Below are positions 49,467 to 51,471 of a DNA stretch of 51,471 nucleotides, one piece after another (the stretch's first letter is position 1; each line of letters begins with the position of its first letter). The position numbers were made by a program, and so were the translations under genes. The DNA is from Candidatus Staskawiczbacteria bacterium RIFCSPLOWO2_01_FULL_38_12b (GTDB taxonomy: Bacteria; Patescibacteriota; Minisyncoccia; Minisyncoccales; Staskawiczbacteraceae). Under the pieces are notes generated by a model that was not told where the DNA came from, did not search any database, and worked only from the letters and a program-made list of their open reading frames with translations. The DNA lies in NCBI GenBank assembly GCA_001820255.1, contig MHPA01000016.1, positions 7,288 to 58,758 on the forward strand, written 5' to 3'.

Positions 49467-49982
49467 TTAAGCCGGTGGCTCTCCTATCACGCCTTTTACC
49501 ACCGCAATAAATCCCGTACCGGCCAATGCAATGGCGGCTCCTATGACCGCATAAAATAACACTTTTTTTGCTTTTTCAACTTGACCGGCTTTCCCCGCAG
49601 AAGTGACAAAAAGGATTCCCGCCCAAACAAACATCAATACCGCCAACGATCCGATAATGCTGACGATATAGGTGGTAATTTTAGTTATAAGACCGGGAAA
49701 ATCATTGACGCAATTAGCACTACCCGGTCCTTCAAAACACAAAGGATTAGGAAGGTTGGTGCCAACGTTATTAGAACAGTTAGGGAAGCCCGCACCCGGA
49801 TTCATACAGTAACAACCCGGAGGTGATCCAGGAGTGTAAGCACATTGAGTCTCAGTCAAAGCGCTGCCGGCAACAGGGCACTCGGAACTACTGGAACAGG
49901 GTCCGCCAGCTAAAACCAAACTCGCCGATCCTAAAAAAGCCACCGCCACAAATATAAATAATAAAAGTAAACTATGTTTCAT
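49467..49982 (-). CDS. TrbC/VirB2-like membrane protein with an N-terminal Cys-rich module
   Basis: CSSSSECPVAGSALTETQCAYTPGSPPGCYCMNPGAGFPNCSN...NPLCFEGPGSANCVNDFPGLITKI plus the core LMFVWAGILFVTSAGKAGQVEKAKKVLFYAVIGAAIALAG. It is a close paralog of 48825-49397. Confidence 0.7.
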   Translation of the reverse strand: MKHSLLLLFIFVAVAFLGSASLVLAGGPCSSSSECPVAGSALTETQCAYTPGSPPGCYCMNPGAGFPNCSNNVGTNLPNPLCFEGPGSANCVNDFPGLITKITTYIVSIIGSLAVLMFVWAGILFVTSAGKAGQVEKAKKVLFYAVIGAAIALAGTGFIAVVKGVIGEPPA

Positions 49983-49991
49983 ATTTAAAAC

Positions 49992-50105
49992 TTAGAATCT
50001 TGAATATGGTATTTTGAGGCTTGAATTGAATATAGAATTTAGAATATAAAACTTGCATTCAGTGTTCTTTTTATTCTATTCTAGCTTCAAGATACAAGAT
50101 TCTAA
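49992..50105. repeat. Imperfect hairpin of TAGAAT/TTGAAT heptamer-like units
   Basis: TTAGAATCTTGAATATGG...AGAATTTAGAATATAAAAC pairs with GTTCTTTTTATTCTATTCTAGCTTCAAGATACAAGATTCTAA. Confidence 0.7.
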
Positions 50106-50122
50106 ATTCATAACCCACCCGA

Positions 50123-50398
50123 TTACTTTTTTGGCACATTTAGCATATTTTCAATGTAGTCCATCCGCATTGGCAATTTTTCTTCATGGTAAGTGTCAAT
50201 AAAACCATTAACTTTTTCTTTCACTTCCTTTAAATCTTTTTCAACTTTATCTAACCTGTTTTCAACTTTATCAAATCTTTCATCTACTTTGTAAAATTTC
50301 CCGTCAACATGTTCTTGAGCCGTTTGAAAACTGCCGCGTATCATCTCCGCCAATTCATTAATAGTAGTTATTTTTTTATTATCTTTTCTTGGGTCCAT
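50123..50398 (-). CDS. Small coiled-coil protein (paralog of 31551-31838)
   Basis: 91 aa: NKKITTINELAEMIRGSFQTAQEHVDGKFYKVDERFDKVENRLDKVEKDLKEVKEKV. Confidence 0.45.
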   Translation of the reverse strand: MDPRKDNKKITTINELAEMIRGSFQTAQEHVDGKFYKVDERFDKVENRLDKVEKDLKEVKEKVNGFIDTYHEEKLPMRMDYIENMLNVPKK

Positions 50399-50465
50399 AG
50401 TTTCTAAATTTTTATTGATAATTTTTTGGATTAGTTCGTATTATTCGCAACAATGGTATCCTAGA

Positions 50466-50987
50466 TTACTTGACAAAAAGCAACGCGTAATGAGAGTCTG
50501 CTACTGTAAATTCTTTTTTTAGTGAAAATCCCAAGGGCGCAATGATTTTTTTTAATTGATCAGGGCTTATGGCGCCTTCTTTCGGGCCAAATGGCGCATG
50601 TTCAAACCAATCTATCACCAACAATTCTCCCCCTGACTTCAATATTCTTTTTGCTTCCTCCAGTATAGCATACTTATTTTCCACTTGAAATAAAACGCTG
50701 GGGATAAGCACCAAGTTTAAAGAATCATCCGGCAATCCAGAGGCGCTGGGCAATTCTAAATCGCAAAGCACCATTGACACATTGGTAGCATGTTTTAACC
50801 GCAACTTGGTTTTTAGTGCCGATAATTTTTCCTCCTGAATATCAAAGGCATACACCCTGCCATGGTTTAATATTTTTGCCAGAGCTATGGTAAAATCAGC
50901 CGATCCACAGCCAAACTCAGCAGCCACCATATCTTTTTTCAGGTTCAGATACTGCAATACTTCGTCTACTTTTAAAAAATCAGTCAT
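50466..50987 (-). CDS. Class I SAM-dependent methyltransferase
   Basis: Motif I VAAEFGCGSADFT, an acidic post-I residue (YAFDI), and GGELLVIDW (motif IV-like). 173 aa. Confidence 0.85.
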   Translation of the reverse strand: MTDFLKVDEVLQYLNLKKDMVAAEFGCGSADFTIALAKILNHGRVYAFDIQEEKLSALKTKLRLKHATNVSMVLCDLELPSASGLPDDSLNLVLIPSVLFQVENKYAILEEAKRILKSGGELLVIDWFEHAPFGPKEGAISPDQLKKIIAPLGFSLKKEFTVADSHYALLFVK

Positions 50988-51064
50988 ATCGCAAAATTTC
51001 TATATATTGACCAGGCGCCACACCCGCACGGCGCCTGGTCGTAACGATGTTTTAAAGTAAAATA

Positions 51065-51471
51065 TTAACTAGCAGGCGGACCATTGACCGTAAAGTCAGA
51101 TGCACTAGAGGTAGAAATATTTTTACTTGGCGACTCAATCTTAACTCGTAAACTTACCGGGTAACTGGTGGAAGGTAGGTTGTATTTTGTAATACTCCAA
51201 TCATAATACCCCTGGGTTGCCAAAACGGAACTGGTAATTGTTTTTATATTTAAATATGGGTTAGATGGCATATAGGTTGTTATAGTAACCCTGTCAGTAG
51301 AGGCAAATCCAATGGTTGTCCAAGTGATACGGGGAATATCTCCCACTTGCATGGTTTCCCCGCCATTTGGATATACTATTGAAATACTTGCCGATCCCTG
51401 ATTTGTACCAGAGTTGACCGTAATATCAGAAGCGCTAGAGGTAGAAATATTTTTACCGCTTACATCTATTT
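51065..51471 (-). pseudogene. Tandem-repeat Ig-like-domain surface protein, 5' end off the window, apparently frameshifted near 51356-51361
   Basis: The downstream ORF (51352-51065) encodes MQVGDIPRITWTT...KNISTSSASDFTVNGPPAS. The adjacent frame is open from the window edge to 51280 and encodes ...KNISTSSASDITVNSGTNQGSASISIVYPNGG. One extra G/C in the run at 51356-51361 would join them as ...YPNGGETMQVGDIPRITW. Confidence 0.5.

Noticed and set aside
46266-49826. Alternative-frame and antisense ORFs within the pilin-like genes (46266-46550, 46290-46511, 46737-47066, 47193-47510, 47585-47785, 48253-48591, 49100-49309, 49581-49826)
   Set aside because: They are shadow ORFs in locally GC- and Ala/Gly-rich coding DNA. 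The chosen frames give coherent signal-peptide/TM-loop-TM proteins conserved across seven paralogs.
1-51471. Alternative genetic code (for example UGA as a sense codon, as in some candidate phyla)
   Set aside because: Long conserved genes (ligA, nrdA, recG, valS, pilB) are uninterrupted under the standard code, and several end at TGA where homologs end. No recoding is needed.

Overview
This is an AT-rich, gene-dense bacterial window with about 60 coding genes and 5 tRNAs. No rRNA, CRISPR array, transposase or integrase is recognisable. The standard genetic code fits (ligA ends in TGA).

The gene content and style look like a Candidate Phyla Radiation / Patescibacteria genome. This is an inference from a four-helix-bundle (23S-IVS-protein family) gene, TrbC/VirB2-like pilin paralogs, CPDGS-type Cys motifs, nucleotide repeats inserted in frame into housekeeping genes, and long hairpins in most spacers.

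Layout, left to right:
- 1-2228: rodA/ftsW fragment and ligA.
- 2230-16366, minus strand: a complete type IV pilus cluster (pilM, pilN-like, pilO-like, pilB, a REC gene, pilT, pilC, two major-type pilins, pilD, three pseudopilins, a PilX-like gene). It is interrupted by a wHTH/Cas2-fold gene and a four-helix-bundle gene. comF lies divergent from pilM.
- 17335-24745, minus strand: a six-gene Hyf/Mbh-like membrane complex. Its catalytic subunits have lost all four [NiFe] cysteines and three of four Fe-S cysteines, and no ferredoxin-like subunit is present (Ehr-like, cofactor-less).
- 24864-27991: tRNA-Ser, a LAGLIDADG relic, tRNA-Ser, a membrane protein ending in a Hint domain, a SEC-C mini-protein, tRNA-Arg and a PAS histidine kinase.
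- 28304-33598: nrdA and nrdB, split by an insertion of about 1.5 kb that duplicates the nrdA 3' end.
- 34209-45532: recG, a glycosylation trio (processive GT2, Dpm-like GT2, GT-C-like), tRNA-Glu, tsaD, valS and prsW.
- 45614-46165: hsp20 and tRNA-Leu.
- 46244-49982, minus strand: seven tandem TrbC/VirB2-like pilin paralogs. Two carry C-terminal and two carry N-terminal Cys-rich modules.
- 50123-51471: a small coiled-coil gene, a SAM methyltransferase, and a frameshifted repeat-domain surface protein running off the right edge.

The two most interesting candidates are the cofactor-less hydrogenase-like complex and the orphan VirB2-like pilin array. All calls come from reading the sequence and ORF track by eye. 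Hairpin and repeat coordinates are accurate to within a few nucleotides. No database search was run.
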